Assembly (NCBI GenBank): GCA_047967505.1 | Contig: CM106538.1 | Direction: 5' to 3' (one strand) | DNA: 64,000 nt | Source: Dipteris shenzhenensis | Taxonomy: Eukaryota | Part shown: piece by piece, positions 1-12,673 of the stretch | Layout: each line of letters opens with the position of its first letter | How positions within the stretch are numbered: position 1 is the first letter of the stretch | Position numbers and translations under genes: made by a program | The notes under the pieces: generated by a model | What the model saw: only the letters and a program-made list of their open reading frames with translations | Database searches by the model: none | Told to the model about the DNA's origin: nothing

Positions 1-1992
1 ACAAGATGGCAGGGTATCCTGGGGTACAAACGCCTACATGGCGAGCTATCTGGCGAGGTGTTTGGGTAGGCACATGGCCTGCAGCATACCCTAAAGATGG
101 CGCAGGAATATGGCGGGACAGATCAGCAAACAGGTCGGCCAACAGTAGAGCTGGTTGGGGCTGGTTGAGCCAGCCAACCAGGCCTTGGTTAGGCTGGTCA
201 AGAGGGCTGGGTCCCTGCGTGGAACAAAGGCTGGAAAGGGCCTAGTAAACCCTTATATAGGGCCCTGGTTGGGCTGGTAGGGGCAGCCAACCAGGTCGGT
301 TTTCAGCCAGCAGACTGAGTCAGCCAAAATAGGGCTGACCAGTCGGCTATTTTGACCAGGCCTTGGGCCTGTAAAAGGAGAGGCCCTGGGCCTCATAATT
401 CATCCAACCATTCAGCAAGAGCAGGAGAAGACAGGAGCAGCCAGAAGCCACTCCCTTGGGCCTCACACTAGGGGCGAAGGAGAGTGGAAGGTGTGCTGCA
501 GACTGAGTTCCCTAGAGGCTGGACCTTGGCTGTCTTCTAGGGCAGCGAGGTGTTGTGATCAATATCTTCTGAAGCAGCCATTCAGCTATCTTGGGGCCTA
601 CATTCAGGAGGACCAAGAGGACCTGTGTGCTGCAGACAAAGCTTGGCAGGGGCTGTTGGAAAGGTCACCTCCCCATCTGTAAGCCCCCATATGAGGAGAG
701 CATGGGGGAGGGAGACCTAGGGCAGTACCCAACAGAAAAAGAGAGAAAGGGGCTGCCACATAGACAGCATCATGGCTGTCATGTGGGCAGCACATCTAGA
801 ACTGTTATGTGCAGGACAGAGGGCCAGAAAAGTGCAGAAGCATGGCTGGGACAGATTGCGATGGATCTAGACAGGAGGCGCACTGTCTGCAGTAGGTTTT
901 GGGTGGGGCTGGACCCTGTATTTATAGGGCATCTGCCCTTGAAAGGTGGGCCAAGGGCCCTTGTAATGTGTGCCCCAAAAGGGCAGCCCATAGTCCCATA
1001 AATAGGGAGCTGTGGGTCGGTTTTGGTCGGCCAGGGGCAGGTGGCTGAACCGACCAGCAGTCGGCCCTTTCTAGGGCTGCTGGGTCGGTTGGCTGGCCAG
1101 GCCCTTGAGGGCTATATAAGGAGGCCAGTCAGGCCTCATTTCACATCATCTGGAGCAGCAATTCCACCAGCAGAAGGAGCAGCAGCAGGGCTACCTTTGG
1201 GCCTACAGTCAGGAGGAGAAAGAAGTACCTTGTGCTGCAGACTTAGCTTGCAGGAGGCTGCCCACCTAGACTGGTTTCCAGACAGCAAGGTGGAGAAGAT
1301 CATTCTAGACGGAAAGTCTACTCACGCTCGAGGTGGAGCACGCGGACTCTAGTCTAGAGATAGCCAGCAGATAGGAGGAGGACTTTGTGGTAAGATCAGA
1401 GGACCACACCATTGGTGGGACTCTGGATCTGTCTCTCTTGTATTGTGTCCATAGTTGTGGACGGAAATATATTATTTGGTGGTTTCTCTATCTAGTTTGG
1501 TTCATTGTCTATTGATGAGTCTGCACACCTATTGAATGCACATAAGTAAAGAAGTTTGTGATTCCACACCCACACCGCACACTGTGTGAGCTCCTGGGCA
1601 TTATTTCCGCTGCGTGTACCCTCTGTTGGGTCTTTTCTAATAGGGCTGCCTACCTAGGCTGACACTCAGGGCAGCAAGGTTGAGAAGAACACTCTCGACA
1701 GAGAGTCTACATACGCTCGAGGTGGAGCACGTGGGCTCAAAGATCTAGAAGTGCTTGACATCTAGTAGGAGAACCTTTTGGTATTGTATCATGTCCTACT
1801 TTGTGGACGGACGGAAATATAAAGTGTTGCTTCTATATTTGTCTCTGAGCATTGTATATTTACTGGCTTGCACATCTATGCACATAAGTTTAAGAAGTTC
1901 ATGATTCCACACCCCACACCACATTGTGTGAGCTCCTGGGCAATTCTATCAGTCTTCCGCTGTGCGTACCCTCTGGTGGGTAATTTTTAACA
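1..1992 (+). mobile_element. Probable long LTR (5' end outside window) with internal diverged direct repeats
   Basis: GC-rich non-coding block. Diverged direct repeats at ~1316-1630 vs ~1705-1980 (GTCTAC..ACGCTCGAGGTGGAGCACG) and ~250-530 vs ~1010-1280. TATA-like CTATATAAG at ~1113. Ends TTAACA at 1992 with no PBS following. Confidence 0.4.
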
Positions 1993-2032
1993 TCTTCTTG
2001 AAGAACTGCATTATCCTCTAGCGGGTCTGTAT

Positions 2033-3130
2033 CTATAGTAGACTTAGTTGGTCAACTTTGCCTGCACTCGCATCCTTATGAACCAGTGCGCAAATAGTAG
2101 TGTTATTCAGTGTAGACAGAGGCTGATTTCTCTCAATCAGAATCTGTTCATCCTGCTCAATTGTCAGGTCCTCAATAGTCTTTAAGGCTTGCAACATGTT
2201 AGCTGTGTCAATATTGCTCTGCTGTATTTGACTCTGCTCCCCTGCACGGCCGCTCACATCTCCATCAATTCTGCTATTGTTTCTTCAGTTACCTGCACAG
2301 ACATCAATTTTGCACTAATTGTGTTTTGAGCATTAACAACAGGTGTTGAAGTAGTCCTCAATCTCTGTTGGAGCTCCATCAGTTGTTGCTCCAAGTCCTT
2401 GATTTGTGTTTCCTGGTCCTGCATCCTCTCTGTTGAAATCTTAGTTGTATACTTTTCTGTAGCAAAGGCTTCATACGGTCGTCGTGTCAAAATCAAGAAT
2501 CTGTCCTTCAGATTATCCCATGCATTCCTAGAAATACCCACTAATTCTGTCTTCAGGGTATTCACTGCATCAGCCCCCAAAAAAATTCCATAAAGCTCTG
2601 TATCCTCGGAAGTAGCTTTGAGTTCTTCTTCCAAATTTGTCAGGGCTTCTACTCTTGTGTGCAACACTAAATTGTCTGTTTGTAACCTGGTATCCTTTAT
2701 GAGACTTTTTCTAACACCCCAAAAAATTGATTCAGCATTTCCAGTAACCACTTGCTCACTACGGGTAGACATTCTTATTGTTTCTCTATTTGTATAAGTA
2801 ACTGTTTCTCTTCACTATTTGTATCTGATTTGTCATCCGACTCTGTGTCGGAGTTGAAATCCTATGTATCTCTTTTTTTTACTTTTCTTGGATTTGTGTT
2901 TGGTCAAGCCAACGGCTCGTTGTGCAGCTACTACCATATTGTTAAAATCATTGGCACCAGTAGTGTGTCCCTCCCAGCCATAGCACTTCTCAATGCCCTA
3001 GTCAATCCTTTGCAAAAATAATCTCCGAGTTGTTCCTCAGTCGGTCTCTGAGTGGTGGCCAGCCTCTGGTTCAAATTGCAAAACTTCTAGGCATAGTCTT
3101 CTACCAACATATCTACTCCCAAATGTGATT
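2033..3130 (-). pseudogene. Degenerate retrotransposon gag-like coding remnant
   Basis: Manual minus-strand translation near 2990-3110 gives VEDYA*KFCNLNQRLATTQRPTEEQLGDYFCKGL (gag-like), then an acidic/Ser tract, then coiled-coil-like ORFs 2254-2772 and 2033-2257. Confidence 0.35.
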
Positions 3131-3835
3131 GAAGATGTACGTGGCAGACATGGCTTTCTGCATCGATAGAGTTCTCTTGTAAGTTGTGTGGTGCAAACAC
3201 GCGTTTTTTGAAGCCTGTTAGTGGATCAATGGAGTCTAAGAAGGAGATTCAGGACCAGACAAAGGCATTCTCGATCCTTTAGGACCACACGAATTGTTCC
3301 ATGGGTGGTGATTTCGGGCAGTATCTGAAGATTGAAAGATTCCACAATAGTTTCTTTTCATAGTATGTTCATGGAGTCATTGGTAGTTATCAGATGTGGA
3401 GGGACCTAATTCATCCCCTCTCCAGATTGGCCGTCCGTATTGTACTAGAGCTCGGGCTTGAGGGGAAGCATGTACCTCTGGAGAGGTTAAGTTGAACCAT
3501 TACCAATTCTTGAAGAGGGAGGGGAGGTATCTTTGCTTCAATGGATTTTGAATGTAACAACCAGAAGTTTGAAGGATGAAGAGTGGTTTTGTAGCAATAC
3601 AGAGTCAAGGGTGGAACCTTCAACTAGTTCGGGGGGTAGTTCCAAATATCAAGCTGCGGACACTCCAAAAGGGCCTCGTACTCCATGGTCTCTGTCAGAG
3701 GCATTTTTTCGTGCAACTTATGGTTACCATGCTACATTTGGGCTATCTATAGTAGCTAGAAGGTAGTTGTTTGATCCACTCCCACCTCAGTCAAGGGGAA
3801 TCAGACCAAGTGTTTGACCCAATCCTGTAGTCACC

Positions 3836-4102
3836 ATGCAAAACCCCCGATATCGCTCTGCTAAATTCAGTGGCAAAAAAAACCAAGACCCTGATAGCCA
3901 CATCGGGCAATTTGAGACTCAATGGGTAGTAAGTGGTTTCGAAGGACAGCTTGGTGATGCGGTGAAGAAAGAGCAATTGGTAGCTACTTTGGCAGGTAAG
4001 GCGATGAGTCGGTCCATACAATATGGCATGGATCACTTTGTAGATTATGCTACATTGAAGCAATTTTTTCTTTCACGGTTTCGGCAAGAAAACACACCAT
4101 AA
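3836..4102 (+). pseudogene. Ty3/gypsy gag N-terminal (Retrotrans_gag-like) fragment
   Basis: KFSGKKNQDPDSHIGQFE...TLAGKA...LKQFFLSRF matches the typical KF.G..EDP..H...F / TL.G.A / LK..FL.RF gag pattern. Confidence 0.65.
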
Positions 4103-4887
4103 GCAATTCTCAAAACCACCCCCAATTATTCTTCTTTCTTCCTCTTGGAATTCTTGAGGACTTTGTTTGACTCCAACAGATATGTTCAGACATATATAGA
4201 ATTCCATACATCAATTGAAATAGTTTTCCGATTACGAGAATATAAAGAGTAGATGATTATGAGATGAGAAGGAAAGTAATAACACTGCCATAGCTTTGAT
4301 TCATAACTGATTGATATTGATTATCACATTCTGATATTGCATGAGGAAGAGATAGATATAGTTTGTAACTTGCACATGCTCCAAAGCGGTTACATGCAAC
4401 TTCCTTCTAAGGTTTATTATATGCCTTCTACGAGTATCAAAAGAGAAATAGTTTATGACTATAGTTTATGTATGTTGATGGAGCATTTACTCCCAAAAGT
4501 TAGGAGGATCCAGGCTTCAGAATACAGTACATGGTGGAGAACTCTTTTCCCTCACAGATCTTGGAGGTTAAGGGTTGGGAAACTAATCCAAGAGGGTAAT
4601 AATTTAGGATAAGCGTAGGAGTGGAAGGGAAAGAAGGTGTAAGAGTGAAGGGGTTGGTGGAGGGGGAGGAGAAGGGAGGAGAGGGTGAGGAGGAGTTGCA
4701 AGGTTGGAGGAGGGGGGAGTAGGAGACAAGGGTAGGGCATGCTATTGGACGTGAGAGTGCAAGGGAGTATGGACACTTGGAGACAATTGCATAGAACATC
4801 AAAATAGAATTGAACACAATGCCCCAAATACTGGGGGCTTCATTTCATCTCATGAGGTATTTATACAAGTTGGAGATCTTTTCTCTT

Positions 4888-5140
4888 TGCATGTAGGAAT
4901 TGTAGGCCTCTCTCTTTCTACATGTAGAAATTTCATCTAGGATGTACATATAGGAATGGCATGTAGAACTTGCATCTAGAAGTTGCATGTAGGAATCACA
5001 TGTAGGTTGCGCATATAGGAATCACATGTAGGATGCACATGTAGGAATTGCATGTAGACGTTGCATCTAGAACTTGTATGTAAGGAATCGCATGTAGGAT
5101 GCAAATGTAGGAATCGCATGTAAGATTTGCATGTAAGGTT
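4888..5140. repeat. Degenerate ~13-bp minisatellite (consensus approx. GCATGTAGGAATC)
   Basis: Repeated CATGTAGGA cores at ~13-bp spacing, especially 4984-5138. Confidence 0.8.
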
Positions 5141-6559
5141 CCTAGGCTCATGTACGTATAAGCAGAGCTTTGTCACTACTCTCCACACACATTCTGTGTT
5201 GTTTGAGTCCATGTTGACGCAAGGTTAACATACCTCCGGACCCATGTTATTACCCATCCTCGGGTTACAGCTTGTTGTGATCACGGAGTTGGAAAGCCAT
5301 GTGTGTAACCCAGTAGGGCTATGGAACTTGTGGCATGCTAGTTAATCATTTTCCAATGCCTTTGCACCGTACAATTTTTGCTTAGTTTCTAAGAAGCCTA
5401 TATCCACCATCTATTCAAAGAGATATATGTGGCAATATTTTAAGAAGATGACTCTTTCATAGAGTCTACTCATAGTCTGAGAATTGGTGGGGCCATTGGG
5501 ATTATAATTGAGTGTAGTCAGATGACGATCGTTGTGGATGGAAACCTCAAGAATGAATTCCAAGGTTTTGCAAGGAGGACTTTGCCGTAGGATACAGTCA
5601 ATGTTGCCTTGCATGTGTGCTTCATGTTGTTGAAGTACTGGATCAATGTGCCTTGGATGTTCCATTTCCCTCCAAAGTGTGGCTTGATTTGTGGTGTGAT
5701 TCTCACCCAAGGTGTGTATGTTGGCAACCCAACGGTACCGGCATGGTACTGCATAGAACTTCAAATAGCTTGGGTTGTCTCCAATCACATTGGGGATCCA
5801 ACTTGCAAATCCAAGCTTCAATTATCTGATATTGGTGAATGTTGAGTGGGAATTGTTTTAGGGCATATATGTTGTATCTGAGAATTTGCTCCAAAATTCC
5901 TTGATGGGGTTACATGGAAGTGAAATTACATCATAATTATCCCCATCATAGGAATCGAATATGGGAGCGCAATTAGAATCATCTGGGTCTTGATATTGGA
6001 ATTGAAATATCATGTCCATTGTTGTTGAAGGCATCTCAATTGGTGTCGGAGGTGGCAATATATAGAGAGAATCTAGGAACATGGGGGTGCAAGATGGAAG
6101 GGGACAGTGAGTGGGAGGGGTATATGAGACGAGGGGTGAGAGGTGAAATCAAATGGATTGAACAAGATCGTTATCCTTGATAGTGGTATTAGTAATAGAA
6201 GGGAAGAAGCTAGGAGTGAGTTGCTGGTAAGTTTATGAATGTTGGGTGAGTTGGAAGTAGGAAGAGGCATGAGCAAAGAGACAGTGAAGGGAATAAAGAT
6301 TTGATTGTAGTTTGGGAGTGACTACACGTTTAAGAAGGGATTGTCTAACCATGCTTTGGATCCTGGATGTATGAGTGATGCATGACCCACAGATCTAGAA
6401 CTCTTGTACTCCCTATTAGCATCAATTACCACGGCTCTTAGATGTTTCTGTCCTCCTATTGTTCGACTAGGTTGTTATCTATGAGTTGGACATTGCACCA
6501 ATGTTTGTATTTTCTTTTATAAAGGACTTTTTGCTTGAACTGGAATTGAATGTTGCTTA

Positions 6560-6950
6560 GTTGCCTCTTTTTGTTGCCATGTGATGGCATTTACCGATTT
6601 CAACATAATGCTTTTGGGCCCAACACTTTGTTGACCTACCCTAATGATGCCTATTAGAACATCAAGGTTAGCCTAATTTTGTTACAGAGGTTTTGGATTG
6701 AGGGGACAATCCGTGCAAGCATGGTAGATGCCACACTCTATAGAGTGGTTGGAAAGTAGCGGGGCTACCATGATGGGGGCACTCTGCAATTTGGCGATTT
6801 TGGTGATTCTCTCTACAATCATAGAACTTGATTGGTGCTCGATATGTGTTTAGATCAACTTGATTCACATTGATGTGTATTAATCCTTTTGCTCCTTCCA
6901 CATAGTACATTGGGTACTCAATCTCATATTCAAATGTAGTATCCACTTCC
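6560..6950 (-). pseudogene. Highly decayed gypsy-like gag C-terminus
   Basis: ORF 6668-6946 has a broken Zn-knuckle-like PIKFYDCRENH...ECPH; manual translation gives VNAITWQQK near 6590. Confidence 0.3.
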
Positions 6951-7249
6951 TTGGCTTGAAGTTGTTATAGTGGGACTACTAGAGGAGGGGGATTTAATGC
7001 TCTTGTGTATTGTTGTGGATTTGGATTTCTAAGTAGTTGTGGAGCTTGGCTCTGGAGTGGAACAAGATTCAGTCTTAGAGTTGGCTTAACTTGGACAAAT
7101 GTTAGTTGCTTGTATGATGCATAGGTGCCGATTGATATTGTGGCAGTTGGGGTGGCTTGTTTTGCATGTTGAATATGCAATTCCTCTCATCATGCCCATC
7201 GACTACAAAAATGTGACACCATAACCTTGGAGATGGATTTGTGCATTAG

Positions 7250-7690
7250 ATGAGAGAAAAGACCAAGAGAGAGAGAGAGGGAGGGGTGGGGGAGAGAGTG
7301 AGATGAGAAAAGAGAGAGAGATGGGGGAGGAGAGAAGTGATACGATGGAATGGGGTGGAGTAGATGGGATGGGGGTGGAGTGGAGAGAAAGGGGGGAGGG
7401 AGTGAGAGAATGGAAAGGGTAGAATAGTGGAGGGTGAAGGGGGTTGTAGTGGAGTAAAAGGGGGAAGCATGTGAGAGAATGGAAAGGGTAGAAGGGCAGA
7501 GGGGAGAAGGGGGTTGTAGTGGAGTTAAAGGAGGAAGGAAGTGTGAGAATGGAAAGGGTAGAATGGTGGAGGGGCAAAGGGGGTGTATCAAAAATGGAAG
7601 AGAGATAAAGGGGGTGTGGGAGTAGAAGAGAGTTGGATATAAATAAGAGGATTGGATGAGAGGTGGACAAAATGAGAGGTGGATCGAAAA
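7250..7690 (+). repeat. Purine/G-rich tract with ~70-bp imperfect tandem unit
   Basis: Almost C-free plus strand with many G3-G6 runs. GAGAATGGAAAGGGTAGAA recurs near 7406, 7475 and 7544. Confidence 0.8.
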
Positions 7691-9011
7691 AGAGAAAGGA
7701 ATGATGGGAAACCAAAACTTGATGGAAAATAAGAAAACTTGATAGAAATAAAGGTGGAAGGGGGAGATGATCACCGCCAAGTACTCTCTAAAGACTCTCT
7801 CAAATATTCAAGATGGTTTAGGAAGACAATGGATAGTGGGTGGATGGCTAGGACATTGCTACAAGAAGGGCTTGATGTATAGCTCGACGGATGAAGATAG
7901 GAGTAAGGTGGTGTTCGATGTAGAGGGAGGAAGGTCTTGTGTGGGGCTTGAGAATTCGTAAGAGGAGGGAAGCCAAATGAAGAGGAAGAAGAATGAAGGA
8001 GGTGGGTGCAACTTTATAGGGATGGAGGTGGAAGAGGTGGATTTTGTCAATAGTTGTGCACGCTCCAAATTGTCCATAATTGGATAGTAGGATAAATTGA
8101 ATTTTCAAATTCTCTTTTTTTATGTGGAGAGGGATAAGGGTCATGTACAACTCAACCTTTCAGTGCCTATAACTTTTCATATGTTGGATTGCTTTTCTAT
8201 AAAAAGAGAAATGTTCAAAATGTTGAGCTCTAGATATTAGTGTCCATCTCATGGCCTGATTTACTCTTTAAGTGGTTGCTCTTTAAGAAACATAAATTTC
8301 CTTAAGCTAGTAACCAAAGGTTTCTGCTTAGGATTCTTTATTTTGCTAGAGTTGAAAATATTTTAGCTCTTCTAGGCCAGCACAAGGGTGCTAAAATATT
8401 TTCATTTCTCTGTCATAGGTAGGGTGTGCATGGTTACGAGGCTTTTTGTCACCTATAGATATATGGATGTCATCATCATCATGGTATATGTGTAGCTTAG
8501 GACCTTAGTTGTATTCCAGTAAGAGACGTAGGCTCAAGTGTGTAAAGTAGACATTGCGCATGCTTGCATGAAGGAACCATTCAACAACATCATTGGGGGA
8601 ATGAATGCTTTTGCCTCCATTAGGTCTTTCAGGTTTAGAAAGCATTTTAGTGATCAAAAGGAGGCTCCAGGGTTCAGAAGGAGGTTCAAGTTTAGGAGGA
8701 AGATCTAGGGTTTAGAATAGAATACATGGTGGAAAACTAGTCTCCCTCATAGATCTTGGAGGTCAAGGGTTGAGAAGCTAATCTAGTAGGGTAAGCATTT
8801 AGGAGAAGCATAGAAGTGGGAGAGAAATCTTCACCCAGTTCTCTGTCAACACCCATGGTGCCTTTCGTAAAATCAACTTACCGGCATGGTCTTGTTTTGC
8901 TAGAGGCTCTTTTGCAACCCCTTTGCACCTATTCTTGAATGTAGATGTATATTGTAATCTCTTTTGCTCAATTTTTACTCGATGAATTGTAGTTGATTAT
9001 CTGGATGGCAC

Positions 9012-12000
9012 TATTGAGATATCGAGCTCCACTCGTGATATGCCAGGGTGACCGTTGTGCATTTATGTCACCGACTTGTTAGCTGCAGATGCGGTTGGCA
9101 CACCGCCCATGATAATAGCTGAATGACAGCTATCCTTATGTACTCTAGTTCATGGCTTAGTTAGTATGCCACCTTAGTTACCTGAGTTTGGTTTGAGACC
9201 CACATATAGGTTTCTTCTATTTCTTTGTATTAGAGTTCTTTTGGCTTTGACAACTAAGAAGAGGAAAACTATTTTCAGCCTCCATCTTTGTGTGTATTCC
9301 CCCATTGTGTATGTGAGAAAGCCGCAAGTGAGACTCCTTCCTTCTCTCCCACTATCTTCACATGGTATCAGAGCCTGGTTCGTGGTAAGGAGCTCAAGAA
9401 AGCAAACCAAAGTCGTGGTGTCCTGGTAAGAGAACCAATGTTGCTTTCCTTTTTCGAGTTTGGGAGCAAATCTCTGCAGGTAGCACAACCAGAAAGTGCA
9501 AGAGTGCATTGTCTCAGATTGAGACGCCCTTCGTAGTGTGGCGAGAGGGAAATATATGCTGCGGGAAAGGGGGAAGCCTTTGGTGACTTTATTTTTTTGA
9601 TTCGAGGCCATTTCGGGGCCCATTTTGGAGGCAGAAGTTCTCCGCAAGCACTAAGAAAAAGGCCCTGTTTTTTATGTGCGACCACTACTCTGCAGGTCGT
9701 TGAAGAGTTGTCGCAGAAATTGCATCCTATGCCTGTGCCAGATGAGTTGAGGTCGTTGAAGAGTTGTCGCAGAAATTGCATCCTATGCCTGTGCCAGATG
9801 AGTTGAGGTCCAAGTTGGATCCAAAAGCTGAGAAGTCCATCTTTACTGGTTATTCTCTGCAGTACAAAGGGTATAGATGCTATAACCCTTCTACTCGTAA
9901 GTTTACAGTGAGCAGAGATGTTGTTTTTGATGAGATGAGCAACTGGAATAAACCAGTAAATGTGATTAATGATGTAGATGCACAAAATGGTAATGCTGCA
10001 CAGAGTTCACAGCAGCAATCACAAAATAATAGTGGACCTGCAGTGTCCTCTAGCAGTGGTTCACATACTTCGCCATGGACCGGCAGAGTGAGATCAGGAG
10101 AATCTCCTCAAAGCAATGCAGATACTGGTATGCAGGTATCACGAAAAGGAAAAGAGAAGGTAGATCAGCCCATGTTTGATGTGAATGCAGGTCACTCTTA
10201 TGTGGATGGTGAATCCAGTGGCTCGGAACAGAGCATTGATGATGAGTTGGGTATTACTTCTGTTGTCACACCTGGAGTAAGGAAGACCAGGGATGTTTTG
10301 AGAGCACCTGGAAGTGAGCCTATTTTGGGTAGGTCTACCAAAGCTAGGTATCCTGTGGATAGGCTGAAATATGATGGATTTACAGCCATTCACTATGCCT
10401 ATATGGTCAAAGTGATACATGAACCAGAACCCACTTCTTTTGAGCAAGCCATGGGAAAAGAAAAATGGGAGAAAGCCATGGATGAAGAAATGGATGCCTT
10501 GGAAGCAAATGCTACATGGGAATTGGTGCCTTTGCCTAAAGACAAGAATGCAATTGGCTGTAAGTGGGTTTATAAGGTGAAGCACAATGCAGATGGTTCT
10601 GTGAACAGATACAAGGCACGATTAGTTGTCAAGGGGTATGCACAGACATATGGCATTGATTATGAAGAAACATTCAGTCCAGTTGCAAGGATGGCAACTG
10701 TAAGAGCAGTCATTGCTATGGCTGCATCAAAGGGATGGTTTTCACATCATATGGATGTAAAGAATGCCTTCTTGCATGGCGATTTGCAAGAAGAGTTCTA
10801 TATGGAGCAGCCACCAAGTTATGTGCATGCTATTCATCCGGAGTTTGCAGGTTGAAGAAAGCCTTGTATGGCTTGAAACAAGCACCTAGAGCATGGTCTG
10901 ACAAGATAGGACAGTATCTTGTCACTATTGGCTTTCAGATTTCCAAGGCAGATTTCTCACTTTATGTGAGAAAAACAGAGAAAGGTATTATGCTGGTTGT
11001 CATTTATGTTGATGATTTGATCATCACAGGTGATAGTGATGAAGATATCCTTCATGTGAAAATGCTATTGAAGCAGAAGTTTGAGATGAAGGATTTGGGA
11101 GAGCTGCGTTATTTCTTGGGCATTGAGGTGATTAGATCACCAAGTGGGATACGGCTCTTGCAAAGTCAGTATGGATTGGACATGCTGTCCAAATATGGGA
11201 TGACAGGCTGTAAGCCTATTTCAGTTCCTTTGGAGCAGAATGTGAAGTTGAGCGCAGATGCAGGTGAGCTTTTGGAAGACCCTACTATGTACAAACGCAT
11301 AGTAGGAAGTTTGCTTCATATGACTATTACCAGGCCTGATTGAGCTATGCTGTTGGATTGGGAAGTCAGTTTATGCAGGCTCCAAGGAAACCGCATTTAG
11401 ATGCGGCTACATGCATACTCAGGTATGTGAATTCCACATTGCAGTATGGACTATTTTATGAGGCTGGGATTCAGATACAGTTGCATGGATACACTGATGC
11501 TGATTGGGCTGGTAGTATTTCTAATAGACGATCTACCAGTGGATATGTGTTCTCTTTTGGGAGTGCTGCAGTCACTTGGAGCAGCAAGAAACAGCCTACA
11601 GTTGCCTTCTTGTCGAGCACAAAGGCTGAGTACAGGGGTGCAACGATGGCTGCATGTGAGGTAGCTTGGTTGCATAAGCTACTTTATGATATGCATCAGT
11701 CTACAGATGGGCCAGTTGTCATTTATTGTGACAACATGAGCAGTATACACTTGGCAAATAACCCAGTCTATCATGCTAGAAAAAGCACATTGAGGTGCAT
11801 TATCACTATGTGTGGGAGAAGGTTTTACTAGGTCTTATTGATCTAGTTTATGTCAGCACAAAAGATCAGGTAGCTGACATATTCATGAAGGCATTGGGTG
11901 CAGAGAAGCTGCGCAAGTTCAGAGACCTGCTTTTGGTGTGCAGGAATTGGGATTGAGCTCGAGGGGGAGTGTTGAGATATCGAGCTCCACTCATGATATG

Positions 12001-12321
12001 CCAGGGTGATCGTTGTGCATTTATGTCACCGACTTGTTAGCTACAGATGCGGTTGGTACACCGCCCATGAATAATAGCTGGATGACAGCTATCCTTATGT
12101 ACTCTAGTTCGTGACGCAGTTAGTATGCCACCTTAGTTAGCTGAGTTTGGTGTGAGACCCACATATAGGGTTCTTCTATTTCTTTATACTAGAGTTCTTT
12201 TGGCTTTCACAACTAAGAAGAGAAAAACTATTTTCAGCCTCCACCTTTGTGTGTATTCCCCCATTGTGTATGTGAGAAAGCCGCAAGTGAGACTCCTTCC
12301 TTCTCTCCCACTATCTTCACA
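9012..12321 (+). mobile_element. Ty1/copia family A, internally deleted, both LTRs and TSD present
   Basis: 5' LTR 9012-9362 (TA..CA). PBS TGGTATCAGAGC (tRNA-iMet) 9363-9374. PPT GAGGGGGAG 11961-11969. 3' LTR 11970-12321. TSD GGCAC at 9007-9011 and 12322-12326. gag, protease and integrase core are absent. Confidence 0.97.
9790..11945 (+). pseudogene. Copia pol remnant: integrase C-terminus, reverse transcriptase, RNase H (frameshifted)
   Basis: [73 protein letters not shown]; spread over ORFs 9764-10855, 10735-11343 and 11340-11831. Confidence 0.95.
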
Positions 12322-12537
12322 GGCACTACTGAGCCTCCAACCACCGCGGTGGCTTGGAATAGTTTTACCCTCATTTATATTTAATGCAACAAGGACTAAA
12401 ATACTAATAAAGTAGGACTATAATTTCCTTGGTTTAGGACCAAAATAGCACTAAAATCGCTCCAATGGCCCACCGTTGTGGTTGCATGGAGATACATATA
12501 GAAAAATACAATTAAACTTTCAAAAAATACAATTAAT

Positions 12538-12673
12538 GATATGGCCCTTCAGGGTCCCCTCTAGGGGCAAGGGCCATATCGACATGCATTATACAAATTC
12601 AAGATGCCATTGGACAGATATGGCATGTTGATATAGCCCTTGCCCCTAAAGGGGACTCCTCAAGGGCCATATC
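12538..12673. mobile_element. Small foldback/MITE-like palindrome with self-palindromic arms
   Basis: 12538-12587 is the imperfect reverse complement of 12623-12673. Each arm has GATATGGCCCTT...AAGGGCCATATC (one mismatch in the right arm) around CCCCT..AGGGG. Confidence 0.65.

Noticed and set aside
7190-7780. Long Pro/Ser/Leu-rich ORFs
   Set aside because: Artefact of the stop-poor pyrimidine strand of a low-complexity tract.
9174-9647. Recurrent ORFs (MRPTY..., MRRTSASK..., MCVFPH...) found several times in the window
   Set aside because: They are translations of the family A LTR/UTR and recur only because the LTR recurs.
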